Source of the DNA: the human T2T-CHM13v2.0 reference genome, Homo sapiens
DNA: 64,000 bases
Reading direction: 5' to 3' (one strand)
NCBI RefSeq assembly: GCF_009914755.1
Contig: NC_060925.1
Numbering within the stretch: position 1 is the stretch's first letter; each line of letters starts with the position of its first letter. Below the pieces are notes generated by a model, which was not told the origin of the DNA, ran no database searches, and worked only from the letters and a program-made list of their open reading frames with translations. This document shows positions 63,654 through 64,000 of this stretch, one piece after another. The translations under genes and the position numbers were made by a program.

Positions 63654-63820
63654 CTTGAAGGCCCCATAGGTCAACAATAAGGGCATTTGTCCGCAAATAA
63701 TTCAGAAACTCCTGAGATGCAGTTAAGGCTGCAAATTGGACAGTCTCTTCAATTTGTGGATTCACACTTTTCCATACAGGTTTGGTATAGATAGTGTTTG
63801 GAAGGTCATAAATTCTGTAC
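63654..63820 (-). pseudogene. KIF28P: KIF28P exon (kinesin-3 tail region)
   Basis: tctcag|(R)YRIYDLPNTIYTKPVWKSVNPQIEETVQFAALTASQEFLNYLRTNALIVDLWGLQ G|gtacct; phase 2 to 1; 167 nt. Confidence 0.85.
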
Positions 63821-64000
63821 CTGAGAAAAACATAAAACATAATTTAAAACCAGAAGGGACACATTTGTAAAGAAAAGGGACAGATGAGCCAAAGATTTAC
63901 AGCGCATGTGTCAGATAAAAGATGACCTATGATTGATTGTCATGTTTATCACCTCCAACATCTTACTCAACAGGGATATCATCACTAGATAAATAATAAT

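Overview
Primate, almost certainly human, genomic DNA; from recalled protein sequence this is the SCCPDH locus (1q44). The window holds the complete 12-exon SCCPDH gene on the + strand (CpG-island promoter, ATG at 10897, stop at 53690; the hand-spliced CDS is 1290 nt = 429 aa, with Arg at codon 418). Convergent with it, on the - strand, are the last five exons of the kinesin-3 pseudogene KIF28P (58230-63820). These keep canonical splice sites and an open frame, except for an apparent 1-bp frameshift in the terminal exon. Most of the rest is interspersed repeat: a near full-length L1PA carrying a 231-bp inverted copy of its own ORF1 inside its 5'UTR and a MER11 LTR in ORF2; a second, oppositely oriented MER11 in intron 2; a nested MER4/Alu/HERVIP10/LTR2 cluster and an RPL35A retrocopy in intron 5; many Alus; and several minisatellites. 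No prokaryotic-type system (CRISPR etc.) is present, and I found no convincing wholly new biological system. Family and gene names come from memory of consensus sequences, not from a search; repeat boundaries without a TSD are approximate.
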